DNA of 64,000 nucleotides, from NCBI GenBank assembly GCA_963933835.1, contig CAWVVV010000003.1, positions 192,001 to 256,000 of the forward strand. The letters are read 5' to 3'. A model generated the notes under the pieces. That model had not been told where the DNA came from, made no database searches, and was given only the letters and a program-made list of their open reading frames with translations. This document shows, in pieces, positions 51,590 to 61,043 of the stretch. How positions within the stretch are numbered: the stretch's first letter is position 1; every line of letters begins with the position of its first letter. This DNA is from an uncultured Puniceicoccaceae bacterium. Lineage in GTDB: Bacteria > Verrucomicrobiota > Verrucomicrobiia > Opitutales > Oceanipulchritudinaceae. The position numbers were made by a program, and so were the translations under genes.

Positions 51590-52672
51590 ATGGAATGGCT
51601 TGTGCAAATCATCGCTGCCTTCTGGCAATTGAGTGAAGAAATGGCGCCCTATCTCCTCCTCGGATTTGGGTGCGCCGCTCTCCTACGCTGCGTGGTGACG
51701 GATGAAACCGTGCAACGCCACCTCGGCCAAGGCGGCTGGCGCCAGACCGTTAAAGCCTCCCTCATTGGCGTCCCACTGCCCCTCTGCTCCTGCGGCATCA
51801 TCCCCGTCGCGGCATCACTGCGCGAACAAGGCGGGAGTCCTGGAGCCGTCACCTCCTTCACTGCTTCGACCCCGCAGACAGGCGTTGACAGCATCCTCGC
51901 CACCGGCGCCCTCCTCAGTTGGCCTTTTGCCGCCATCCGCGTCGTCGTTGCCTTCATTAGCGGCGTCCTCGCTGGCACCCTCGTCGATCGCTTCGCCAGC
52001 TCAAAGCCTTCCTCCTCATCTTCCTCCTCCCAATCAAAGCCTTGTTGTTCTACTCCAGAACCCGAGCCCACCTGCTGCTCCACCCCCACCCCTGAGTCCG
52101 AGCCACTTTCATCAACCACCACTCAACATTCATCTTTCAAAGAGGCTCTCCACTTCGGGTTCGTCCGCTTGCCTTCCGATATAGGTGGCTCGCTCCTGCT
52201 CGGGCTTTTCCTAGCGGGCGTGCTTACGGTCTTACTCCCGAACGATCTTTCTGGGAGCCCATGGACGACCGGTGCCCTCGCCTACCTGATCACGACCGCC
52301 GCGGCCATCCCACTCTATGTCTGCTCCACCGGCTCTATCCCGATGGCATACGCTCTTCTCCACGCCGGCTTTAGCCCCGGCGCCGCGCTCATCTTTCTGA
52401 TCGCTGGGCCAGCGACAAACACAGCCACGATCACCGCCCTCACCAAGATGCTCGGTTCCAAAGCCGTCGCCCTCTACCTCGCAGCCATCATCCTCACCGC
52501 ATGGGTCAGTGCTGCCATCATCGACAAGTTCGGAGGCGTCATCCCGATCAACCACGGCCACGAGCAGATGGACATGAACACCGCATGGTGGAAAACAGCC
52601 TCGGCCGTCCTTCTTTTTGCCCTCCTTCTCTGGGGGCCTATCCAATCTCGGATTAAAACAAAACTGTCATGA
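51590..52672 (+). CDS. DUF318/SO_0444-family metal efflux permease
   Basis: MAPYLLLG, PLCSCG, TPQTGVDS, YVCSTGS, GPATN. Confidence 0.85.
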   Translation: MEWLVQIIAAFWQLSEEMAPYLLLGFGCAALLRCVVTDETVQRHLGQGGWRQTVKASLIGVPLPLCSCGIIPVAASLREQGGSPGAVTSFTASTPQTGVDSILATGALLSWPFAAIRVVVAFISGVLAGTLVDRFASSKPSSSSSSSQSKPCCSTPEPEPTCCSTPTPESEPLSSTTTQHSSFKEALHFGFVRLPSDIGGSLLLGLFLAGVLTVLLPNDLSGSPWTTGALAYLITTAAAIPLYVCSTGSIPMAYALLHAGFSPGAALIFLIAGPATNTATITALTKMLGSKAVALYLAAIILTAWVSAAIIDKFGGVIPINHGHEQMDMNTAWWKTASAVLLFALLLWGPIQSRIKTKLS

Positions 52673-53135
52673 AAATCCTACGATATTTCGTAATCACTTT
52701 TCTATCCCTTACGGCACTTAACTGCGTAGCGGCGCCAACAAAAGCGCTCGTTGATAGCGTCCTTCCCACCTACTTTGACGCCCAAGAGGCCCTCGCCGAC
52801 GACGACCTCAAAGCCGCTCAAGCCGATGGGGAAAAGCTCCTCGCCATCGCGGCAACCGAATCAGCTTTCGTTAGCTTCACTGAAAGCCTCGAATCCATGC
52901 TCGCGACCGATGATCTCGAAAAGGGCGCGCCGAGTTCCTCAAGCTCAGCAATCTCTTCATCCCGATGGTCGAAGCCGCCGGCACCAGCACTGACGTCTAT
53001 GTCGCCTACTGCCCGATGGCTTTTGGCTACACCGGAGGCACTTGGCTCCAAGCCAATAACAAGGTCCTCAACCCCTACCAAGGCTCCCGTATGCTCCATT
53101 GCGGCGCGATCCAGCGGAAGATCGAGAAGGAGTAA
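52669..53135 (+). pseudogene. DUF3347-family periplasmic metal-binding protein, frameshifted at about 52924
   Basis: Y..AQEALADDD in the first frame continues in another frame as RAEFLKLS..YCPMA..WLQ..NPYQG..MLHCG, ending at TAA 53133-53135. Confidence 0.82.
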
Positions 53136-53343
53136 GGCTCCACTTATTTTCCTTGGCATTTAGATCAAACGATAAACCCTTTAGAGCCTTCTCTTTGGGG
53201 AAAGGAATGAAGCAAGCTTAGAACACCGTAGCCAGAAGGCGGTCTAAGTGAGCTGAGTCTCCCTCTGTTGCGGTTGCTGGATCGGTTTCGCCGACTTCCA
53301 AATACTTTGACTCTCATTTTCTTTAGACAAAACTTCCATTTCT

Positions 53344-56300
53344 ATGTCCGTATCTCAGAAATCTCCGCTCGGCTGGCCGAAACCCCAAGGTCTTTGGCAT
53401 CCATCCCGCGAAAAAGACGCATGCGGCGTTGGCTTCATCGCTCACCTCAAAGGCAAGCGCTCCCACGATATCATCCAGAAGACGCTCACGATGAACGAGC
53501 ATATGGATCACCGTGGTGCTAGCGGCTCGGATCCGGCAACGGGCGATGGCGCGGGCATATTTGTCCAAATACCCGACAAATTCCTCCGCAAGGAAATGGG
53601 CAAGCAAGGGATCGAACTGCCCCCCGAGGGCTCTTACGGCTCCGGACTCGTCTTCCTCTCGCCCGAAACGAGCGAACGCGAAGCGGCCATGCAGGTCTAT
53701 GAACATGTCATCCGTGAGGAAGGACAGAAGTTCATCGGCTGGCGCAGGGTCCCGGTCAAAAGCGAAATCCTCGGCAAAACCTCCGGTCGCTACGAGCCGA
53801 AGATCAAGCAGGTATTCATCGAGAAGAGCGCCGACATCACCGACCCGATGGAATTCGAGCGGAAGCTCTACATCATCCGCCGCCGCGTCGCCTACTGGAT
53901 CGCGCACAACGAACAACCGTTTAAGTTCTCGGATGTTCACGGCAACAAGTCCAACTCGTTCCCAGGTAAGGATTACCACTACATCACCAACCTTTCTGCC
54001 CGCACGATGGTTTATAAGGGCATGCTGACCCCGTGTCAGTTGGCTGAATATTTCCCAGATTTACATGACCCGGATTTCGAGTCTGCGCTCGCGCTGATGC
54101 ACACTCGATTTTCCACCAATACTTTCCCTAGTTGGTCCCGTGCCCACCCGAACCGCTTCATCGCCCACAACGGCGAAATCAACACGGTCATTGGCAATTC
54201 CAACTTCATGAAGGCGCGCGAATCGCTCTGCCAAAGCGAGCACTTCGGCGAGCACATCGAGCAGATCTTTCCCGTCATCAATGAAGATGGCTCGGACTCC
54301 GCCCGCTTGGACAATGCCCTCGAGTTCATGCATTTCGGCGGCTACGACCTCGTGCATGCCATGATGATGATGATCCCAGAGCCTTGGGAACGTCACACCA
54401 TGATGGATGAGGAAAAGAAGGCCTTCTACGAATACCACGCCTGCTTGATGGAGCCTTGGGACGGCCCCGCTTCGATTACTTTCTCGGACGGACAGCAAAT
54501 CGGCGCCGTGCTCGACCGCAATGGCCTGCGTCCGAGCCGCTACTATGTTACCAATGACGACCTCGTCATCATGGCCTCAGAAGTTGGCGTTATCCCTGAC
54601 ATCGATCCCCTCACCGTGATCGAAAAGGGCCGCCTACAACCTGGCCGCATGTTCCTCGTGGACATGAAAGAAGGTCGCATCGTGCCCGACGAGGAAATCA
54701 AGAAGCGTGTCTACTCCGCCAAGCCTTATCAGAAATGGCTCAGCGACAACCGCATCTTCCTTAAGGACCTGCCGAACCCCAAAGCCGAGAAATCCGTCGA
54801 GGAAGAACGCATCCTCGAGCGCCAAATCGCTTTTGGGTACACTTACGAAGATCTCCGCGCCCTGCTCGGACCCACTGCTACCAGCGGTGTGCAACCGATC
54901 GCGTCGATGGGTAATGACACCCCGCTCGCGGTCCTCTCGGACAAGCCGAAGCACCTTTATCAGTATTTCAAACAGATCTTCGCCCAGGTCACCAACCCGG
55001 CGCTCGACTGCATCCGCGAGGAACTCGTCACCTCCACGGAAACCTTTATCGGCTCCGAGGGCAACCTGCTCGAACCCGGACCGAAGAGCTGTCGCATGGT
55101 CCGTCTCGACAACCCGCTCATTGACAACACCCAACTCGCGAAACTGCGCGAGATCACAGAAGACGGGTTCAAGGCCACCACGCTCAACGCCCTCTTCCCC
55201 GCCGACAGCGATGGCAAGAGCCTCGAAGACGCCTTAAGCGAACTCTGCGCCGGCGCCGACCAAGCCATTACAGACGGACATAATATTCTAATTATCTCCG
55301 ACCGTAATATCGACAAGGACAACGCCGCGCTCCCAACCCTGCTCGCGATGGGCGCTATCCACGAGCACCTCGTCGATGCTGGCACCCGCACCCGCGTCTC
55401 GATCGTTCTCGAATCCGGAGAAGCCCGCGAAGTCCATCATTTTGCCACCCTCATCGGCTTCGGAGCGGATGCGATCAACCCTTACATGGCCTTCGAATCT
55501 CTGCATCAGATGATTCGGGATGACATGATCGACATCGAGCTCGACAAGGCAGTTTACAACTTCATCAAGGGATCGATCAAAGGCGTCGTCAAGACGATGG
55601 CCAAGATGGGTATCTCCACTGTCGCCTCCTACCGTGGCGCACAGATCTTCGAAACGATTGGCCTCAATTCCGATCTGGTGAACAAGTATTTCACCGGCAC
55701 CTCCGCCCGTTGTGAAGGCTCGGGCCTCACGCAGATCGCCGAGGAATCCCTCATCCGCCACCGCGCCGCATTCCCAGACCGCCACATCGAAGTCGATGAT
55801 CAGGCGCTCGACTCCGGCGGCATGTATCAATGGCGCAAAGATGGTGAATACCACCTCTTCAACCCAGAAACGATTCACCTTCTCCAGAAGGCCGTCCGCA
55901 CCGGCAGCTACGAAGTTTACAAGCAATACGCTCAGAAGGTGAATGACCAAGGCGAGAACCTATCAACCCTCCGTGGCTTGATGAAGTTCCGCAGCAACCG
56001 TAAGCCCGTCCCGATCGACGAGGTCGAACCGATTGAAGCCATCACTAAGCGCTTCAAGACCGGTGCGATGTCCTACGGCTCCATTTCGCAGGAAGCCCAC
56101 GAGACCCTCGCCATCGCGATGAACCGTATCGGCGGCAAGTCGAACACCGGTGAAGGTGGCGAAGATCCAGAACGCTTTAAAACGATGGAGAATGGTGACA
56201 GCAAACGCTCCGCCATCAAACAGGTCGCGTCCGGCCGCTTCGGCGTCACCGGCGAATACCTCGTCAATGCCGACGAGATCCAAATCAAGATTTCTCAGGG

Positions 56301-58014
56301 CGCTAAGCCCGGCGAAGGGGGCGAACTCCCTGGCTCCAAGGTCTATCCATGGGTTGCCAAAGTTCGCCACTCCACTCCCGGCGTTGGACTCGTTTCCCCG
56401 CCTCCGCACCATGACATCTACTCGATCGAAGACCTCGCTGAGTTGATCCATGACCTGAAGAACTCCAACCCGCGCGCCCGCATCAACGTGAAGCTCGTCG
56501 CCGAAGTTGGAGTCGGAACCATCGCCGCTGGTGTCGCCAAGGCGCACGCCGACGTCATCCTCATCGCAGGCCACGACGGCGGAACCGGTGCATCCCCTGC
56601 CTCGTCCATCTACAATGCGGGTGCCCCATGGGAACTCGGCCTTGCGGAGACGAACCAGATTCTACTCCTCAACGACCTGCGCAGCCGCGTCGTTCTCGAA
56701 ACAGACGGCCAACTCAAGACCGGCCGCGATGTCGCGATCGCCGCCCTCCTCGGTGCAGAGGAATACGGCTTCGCTACCGCCCCACTCGTCAGCATGGGTT
56801 GCCTCATGATGCGCGTCTGCCAGAAGAACACCTGCCCAGTCGGCGTCGCCACCCAGAACCCCGAGCTTCGGAAGAATTTCACCGGCAAGCCCGAGCACGT
56901 CGTCAATTTCATGCGCTTCATCGCAGAAGAATTGCGCGAGCACATGGCCGCATACGGTTTCCGTACGATCAATGAAATGGTCGGCCATGTCGAATGCCTC
57001 GACGCCGCCGCCGCCGCCGATCACTGGAAGGCCAAGGGCGTCGATCTCACATCGATCTTCCACAAGCCCGATGTCGACGACAACGTCGGCTCCTACTGCC
57101 AGCAAGAGCAGGATCACGGCCTCGATGTCGCGCTCGATAACACCCATTTGCTCGCGCTCTGTAGACCCGCCATCGAACGTGGCGAAAAAGTCCGCGCCGA
57201 GCTCCCGATCACGAACATCAACCGCGTCGTCGGGACCATCACCGGCAGCGAAATCAGTCGCAAATACGGTAGCGCGGGTCTGCCCGAGGACACGATCGAA
57301 CTCAAGTTTAACGGTAGCGCCGGCCAATCCTTCGCCGCCTTCACGCCTCCCGGCATGACCTTCACCCTCGAGGGCGATGCCAACGACTACGTCGGCAAAG
57401 GCCTCTCCGGTGCCAAGATCGTGATCTATCCGCCAAAGGGCTCCCTCTTCGTCCCCGAGGATAACATCCTCATCGGCAACGTTGCCTTTTACGGAGCCAC
57501 CCTCGGAGAAGCCTACATCAACGGCATCGCCGGCGAGCGCTTCTGCGTCCGCAACTCCGGTGTTAAGACCGTTGTCGAAGGTGTTGGCGACCACGGCTGC
57601 GAATACATGACCGGCGGCCAAGTCATCGTGCTTGGCTCGACTGGGCGTAACTTCGCTGCGGGCATGTCCGGCGGTGTAGCCTACGTTTACGACATCGACG
57701 GCAAGTTTGAGGATCGCCTCAACCACAGCATGGTGAACCTCTATCGCCTCGTTGAATGCGGCGACGAAGACATCGCCAGCGTCAAAGCTGAGATCGAAAA
57801 ACACCTCGCCCTTACTGGCTCGAACCGCGCCAAGGAAATCCTCGATAACTGGGACCGCGAACTTCCTAAGTTCCACAAGGTCTTCCCGCGCGACTACGAA
57901 CGCATGCTCGCATGTTTCAAGAAAGTCGAAGAGCAGGGACTCTCCGGAGACGAGGCAGCGATGGCCGCCTTCGAGCAAAACATGGCGGATACCTCACGCG
58001 TCGGCGGCAACTAG
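53344..58014 (+). CDS. gltB: Glutamate synthase large subunit
   Basis: [44 protein letters not shown], CxxxxxCxxxxCP, GXGXG domain. Confidence 0.98.
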   Translation: MSVSQKSPLGWPKPQGLWHPSREKDACGVGFIAHLKGKRSHDIIQKTLTMNEHMDHRGASGSDPATGDGAGIFVQIPDKFLRKEMGKQGIELPPEGSYGSGLVFLSPETSEREAAMQVYEHVIREEGQKFIGWRRVPVKSEILGKTSGRYEPKIKQVFIEKSADITDPMEFERKLYIIRRRVAYWIAHNEQPFKFSDVHGNKSNSFPGKDYHYITNLSARTMVYKGMLTPCQLAEYFPDLHDPDFESALALMHTRFSTNTFPSWSRAHPNRFIAHNGEINTVIGNSNFMKARESLCQSEHFGEHIEQIFPVINEDGSDSARLDNALEFMHFGGYDLVHAMMMMIPEPWERHTMMDEEKKAFYEYHACLMEPWDGPASITFSDGQQIGAVLDRNGLRPSRYYVTNDDLVIMASEVGVIPDIDPLTVIEKGRLQPGRMFLVDMKEGRIVPDEEIKKRVYSAKPYQKWLSDNRIFLKDLPNPKAEKSVEEERILERQIAFGYTYEDLRALLGPTATSGVQPIASMGNDTPLAVLSDKPKHLYQYFKQIFAQVTNPALDCIREELVTSTETFIGSEGNLLEPGPKSCRMVRLDNPLIDNTQLAKLREITEDGFKATTLNALFPADSDGKSLEDALSELCAGADQAITDGHNILIISDRNIDKDNAALPTLLAMGAIHEHLVDAGTRTRVSIVLESGEAREVHHFATLIGFGADAINPYMAFESLHQMIRDDMIDIELDKAVYNFIKGSIKGVVKTMAKMGISTVASYRGAQIFETIGLNSDLVNKYFTGTSARCEGSGLTQIAEESLIRHRAAFPDRHIEVDDQALDSGGMYQWRKDGEYHLFNPETIHLLQKAVRTGSYEVYKQYAQKVNDQGENLSTLRGLMKFRSNRKPVPIDEVEPIEAITKRFKTGAMSYGSISQEAHETLAIAMNRIGGKSNTGEGGEDPERFKTMENGDSKRSAIKQVASGRFGVTGEYLVNADEIQIKISQGAKPGEGGELPGSKVYPWVAKVRHSTPGVGLVSPPPHHDIYSIEDLAELIHDLKNSNPRARINVKLVAEVGVGTIAAGVAKAHADVILIAGHDGGTGASPASSIYNAGAPWELGLAETNQILLLNDLRSRVVLETDGQLKTGRDVAIAALLGAEEYGFATAPLVSMGCLMMRVCQKNTCPVGVATQNPELRKNFTGKPEHVVNFMRFIAEELREHMAAYGFRTINEMVGHVECLDAAAAADHWKAKGVDLTSIFHKPDVDDNVGSYCQQEQDHGLDVALDNTHLLALCRPAIERGEKVRAELPITNINRVVGTITGSEISRKYGSAGLPEDTIELKFNGSAGQSFAAFTPPGMTFTLEGDANDYVGKGLSGAKIVIYPPKGSLFVPEDNILIGNVAFYGATLGEAYINGIAGERFCVRNSGVKTVVEGVGDHGCEYMTGGQVIVLGSTGRNFAAGMSGGVAYVYDIDGKFEDRLNHSMVNLYRLVECGDEDIASVKAEIEKHLALTGSNRAKEILDNWDRELPKFHKVFPRDYERMLACFKKVEEQGLSGDEAAMAAFEQNMADTSRVGGN

Positions 58015-58055
58015 TAGCGATCACTTCAATTCAAAACCTTTAATACCTTATCATC

Positions 58056-59552
58056 ATGGGCAAACCCACAGGATTCCTTGAAATCAAGCGGCAGACCGAT
58101 TCTGAAACCGCACCCCTCGAGCGCATCAAAAACTGGAGTGAATTCAAAATCCACGGCGATCCGAAAGAACGTGCCGCCCAAGGCGCACGTTGCATGGATT
58201 GCGGCACTCCTTTTTGCCACACGGGTCACATCGTGTCCGGCATGGCTAGCGGCTGCCCGATCAACAACCTGATCCCAGAGTGGAACGACCTCATCTTCCG
58301 TGGTCGTTGGAAGGAAGCGATTGAGCGCCTTCATAAGACGAACAACTTCCCTGAGTTCACCGGCCGCGTCTGCCCCGCTCCTTGCGAAGGCTCATGCGTG
58401 CTCAGTGTGATCGAGCCCGCCGTCACAATTAAGAACAACGAGCAGGCCATCACCGACCGCGCTTGGGACGAAGGTTGGATCAAAGCCAACGCTCCCGCTT
58501 CACGCACCGGCAAGAAGGTCGCCGTCATCGGCTCCGGCCCTGCCGGCCTCTCCGCTGCCGACCAGCTCAACCAAGCCGGACACAGCGTCACCGTTTTCGA
58601 GCGTGAAGACCGCATTGGCGGCCTCCTCATGTATGGTATCCCCAACATGAAACTCGAAAAGGAGGGAGTCGTCACCCGCCGCGTCAACATGATGCGCGAG
58701 GAAGGCATTGAATTTAAAACCGGCATCTTCATCGGCAAGGACTCCAAGTGGACCGCTGAGAAGCTCCGTAAGGACTTTGAAGCCACCGTGCTCTGTTGCG
58801 GTGCTACCCTTGGCCGTGATCTCCCGATCGAGAACCGTGACGCCGAGGGCGTGCACCTCGCGATGGAGTTCCTCACGACCAACACGCGCCACCAGCTCGA
58901 CAACAAGTTCAACGGCACCAATCCGGAGCTCAATGCCACCGGCAAAGACGTCGTCGTCATCGGTGGTGGTGATACCGGCACCGACTGCGTAGGTACCAGC
59001 CTGCGTCATGGCTGCAAAAGCGTCGTCCAACTTGAAATCATGCCACAGCCGCCAATGGAGCGCGCTGAAAACAACCCGTGGCCGGAATGGCCTAAGGTTT
59101 ACAAAATGGACTACGGCCAAGAAGAAGCCGCCGCCAAGCAAGGTCAGGACCCCCGCTCCTACCTCGTGCAGACCAAGCAATTTATCAAGGACGATGCCGG
59201 TAAGCTTACAGGCCTCGAAATCTGTGAAATCGAATGGGGCAAAGACGACCAAGGTCGCTTCATCCCACAGGAAAAAGAAGGCACCGCCCGCGTCATTCCC
59301 GCTCAACTTTGCCTCCTCGCGATGGGCTTCCTCGGACCGGAACAAGAGATCGTTGACAAGTTCGCCCTCGAGACCGACCCACGCTCCAACGTCAAAGCCG
59401 AGCACGAGAAATACACCACCAATGTCCCAGGCGTCTTTGCCGCCGGTGACATGCGCCGTGGTCAATCCCTCGTCGTCTGGGCCATCAATGAAGGCCGCGG
59501 CGCCGCCCGCGAATGCGACCGCTTCCTCATGGGCGCAACTAACTTGCCGTAA
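58056..59552 (+). CDS. gltD: Glutamate synthase small subunit
   Basis: [54 protein letters not shown]. Confidence 0.97.
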   Translation: MGKPTGFLEIKRQTDSETAPLERIKNWSEFKIHGDPKERAAQGARCMDCGTPFCHTGHIVSGMASGCPINNLIPEWNDLIFRGRWKEAIERLHKTNNFPEFTGRVCPAPCEGSCVLSVIEPAVTIKNNEQAITDRAWDEGWIKANAPASRTGKKVAVIGSGPAGLSAADQLNQAGHSVTVFEREDRIGGLLMYGIPNMKLEKEGVVTRRVNMMREEGIEFKTGIFIGKDSKWTAEKLRKDFEATVLCCGATLGRDLPIENRDAEGVHLAMEFLTTNTRHQLDNKFNGTNPELNATGKDVVVIGGGDTGTDCVGTSLRHGCKSVVQLEIMPQPPMERAENNPWPEWPKVYKMDYGQEEAAAKQGQDPRSYLVQTKQFIKDDAGKLTGLEICEIEWGKDDQGRFIPQEKEGTARVIPAQLCLLAMGFLGPEQEIVDKFALETDPRSNVKAEHEKYTTNVPGVFAAGDMRRGQSLVVWAINEGRGAARECDRFLMGATNLP

Positions 59553-59604
59553 GCTGACGGCAACCGCTTTGCCCCTCTCCAGAGCACTCAGCAGCGCACT
59601 CTAC

Positions 59605-59689
59605 CTGGAGGAAACGGCTCCGCCGGTCCGCCGTCGCCCTACCCTAAAAACACGCCCAAAGGTAGGGATGGCTGTCCCCAGCCGCACGC
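59605..59689. repeat. Degenerate REP cluster: GGAG-type remnant, ccctaccctaa end, GTAG-type REP
   Basis: ctggaggaaacggctccgccggtccg; ccctaccctaa at 59637; ggtagggatggctgtccccagccgcacgc at 59661. Confidence 0.65.
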
Positions 59690-59797
59690 AGCGCTGCTCC
59701 ATAAGCGCGCCCTCAATGCCGACTATAGTCGGCTGCTCATCTAAAGGCTTGCACCGATCTACTAAATAATAGAGCGTAGCGTGACGTTTTATTATAT

Positions 59798-60346
59798 ATG
59801 CCTTCTGAATTGGACAATGAATGGATTCAAAAAGCTCTCCGCCGTCTTGGCGAGCTGGGGATAGCTGCGGGCATCCAGATCGAACTCAATATCTACGGAG
59901 GCTCCGCCATGATTCTCGCCTACCAGATCGGGCGTAGAACAAAAGACGTCGACGCCATCTTCACCCCGCGCGAAGAGGTTCTAAAGCTTTCTAAACAAGT
60001 CGCTGTCGAGCTCTCGCTCGATGAGTCCTGGTTGAATGACGAGGTGAAGGTCTTCGTCGCACCATTTGAGCAGAAACGCCTCCTTCCCCTCGAGTTCGAA
60101 GGCCTACGTATCCAGGTACCGACCGCGAATTACCTTCTGACGATGAAAGCCTTGGCCGCACGTCGACCAGCACCCGGCTATCCCGGCGACCACAGCGATC
60201 TCGTTTTTCTCATCCGAAAATTGGAAATCCACTCTGTTAAGGAAATTCAGGAAACAATCGATAAGCACTTCCCTGACGATGTCCTCCCCACCGACAAAGC
60301 GATCTATCTGGAAGAAATCATCGAGGAGGTTTGGTCCAATGAATAA
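59798..60346 (+). CDS. Nucleotidyltransferase (DUF6036/AbiEii-like, putative toxin)
   Basis: IYGGSAM...RRTKDVD, WLND, LLTMK..A.R...DHSDL. Confidence 0.8.
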   Translation: MPSELDNEWIQKALRRLGELGIAAGIQIELNIYGGSAMILAYQIGRRTKDVDAIFTPREEVLKLSKQVAVELSLDESWLNDEVKVFVAPFEQKRLLPLEFEGLRIQVPTANYLLTMKALAARRPAPGYPGDHSDLVFLIRKLEIHSVKEIQETIDKHFPDDVLPTDKAIYLEEIIEEVWSNE

Positions 60347-60866
60347 CGAAGCTCCCAGTCGCTGGCCACGCACTCTCGCCGAAGTGGCCGCATTTAGCCA
60401 AAGTCTAGAAGACTTCGGACGCTACCTCCGCGAATGGGAACACTCGATCTCGCGCAAAGGCGTGCACAGTCGCCCCGGCCTCAGGAAAGCCCTCGCCGAC
60501 GAACCCATTGTATTAGAAAATAAATACACTGGCGGTGATATCGCCGACGCCTACCTGGCCGCCCTTGCAGAATGGCTCGTCCGCAAGCACGCGCTCAAAG
60601 AGATCGACTGGCCCAAAGATCCTAACCGCTACACCGAGCAAGCCTGGTGGGCAAACGGCTTTCAAGCCTCCCTCCTCGCCAGCACCCCAGCCTCTTTTCG
60701 CACGCGTAATCTTTTCACCATTCCGCACGACCCCTTCAAATCCCGCCGCGGACGCCCGCCCGTCACTGAAGAACAAAAACGCGAAAAACAAAGAGTCCGC
60801 CAAAAACGCTACCGCGATCACACGCGCGAGCTCCTCCAAATAGCCCGACAATTGGGGCACAGCTAA
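60339..60866 (+). CDS. Putative partner/antitoxin with a basic C-terminal tail
   Basis: ATGAATAA overlap with the NTase stop; DAYLAALAEWL, TP.SFR.RNLF, RRGRP, KREKQRVRQKRYR. Confidence 0.7.
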   Translation: MNNEAPSRWPRTLAEVAAFSQSLEDFGRYLREWEHSISRKGVHSRPGLRKALADEPIVLENKYTGGDIADAYLAALAEWLVRKHALKEIDWPKDPNRYTEQAWWANGFQASLLASTPASFRTRNLFTIPHDPFKSRRGRPPVTEEQKREKQRVRQKRYRDHTRELLQIARQLGHS

Positions 60867-60887
60867 GAGCGAATTTCATGCTCAACA

Positions 60888-61043
60888 ACTGCGGTCGGTT
60901 GGGGACAACCGACCCTACCCTAAACCCTGTTATCCTGAACATCCTGTCCAGCCATGTAGAAAACCCTCTGTGCCTCTGTGCCTCCGTGAGAAATCTATCT
61001 CTTTACTACTGCGGTCGGTTAGGGACAACCGACCCTACCCTAA
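60888..61043 (-). repeat. Two 36-nt direct GTAG-REP copies enclosing orphan short tandem repeats
   Basis: actgcggtcggtt[g/a]gggacaaccgaccctaccctaa at 60888-60923 and 61008-61043; the minus strand reads GTAG plus the ggtcggttg/caaccgacc hairpin. Confidence 0.85.

Noticed and set aside
52921..52931. Programmed frameshift in DUF3347 or GxxExxY
   Set aside because: No slippery heptamer or homopolymer run at either site; small deletions are the simpler explanation.
53213..53250. Structured leader upstream of gltB
   Set aside because: Only a weak bulged hairpin, within chance expectation.
56662..57978. 438-aa antisense ORF in gltB, and a similar one at 58500-59465
   Set aside because: Antisense shadows of strongly biased genes with no recognisable motifs.
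60888..61043. Two 36-nt palindromic direct repeats as a CRISPR array
   Set aside because: Only two copies, an 84-nt spacer, no cas genes, and a GTAG-hairpin layout that fits REP elements.
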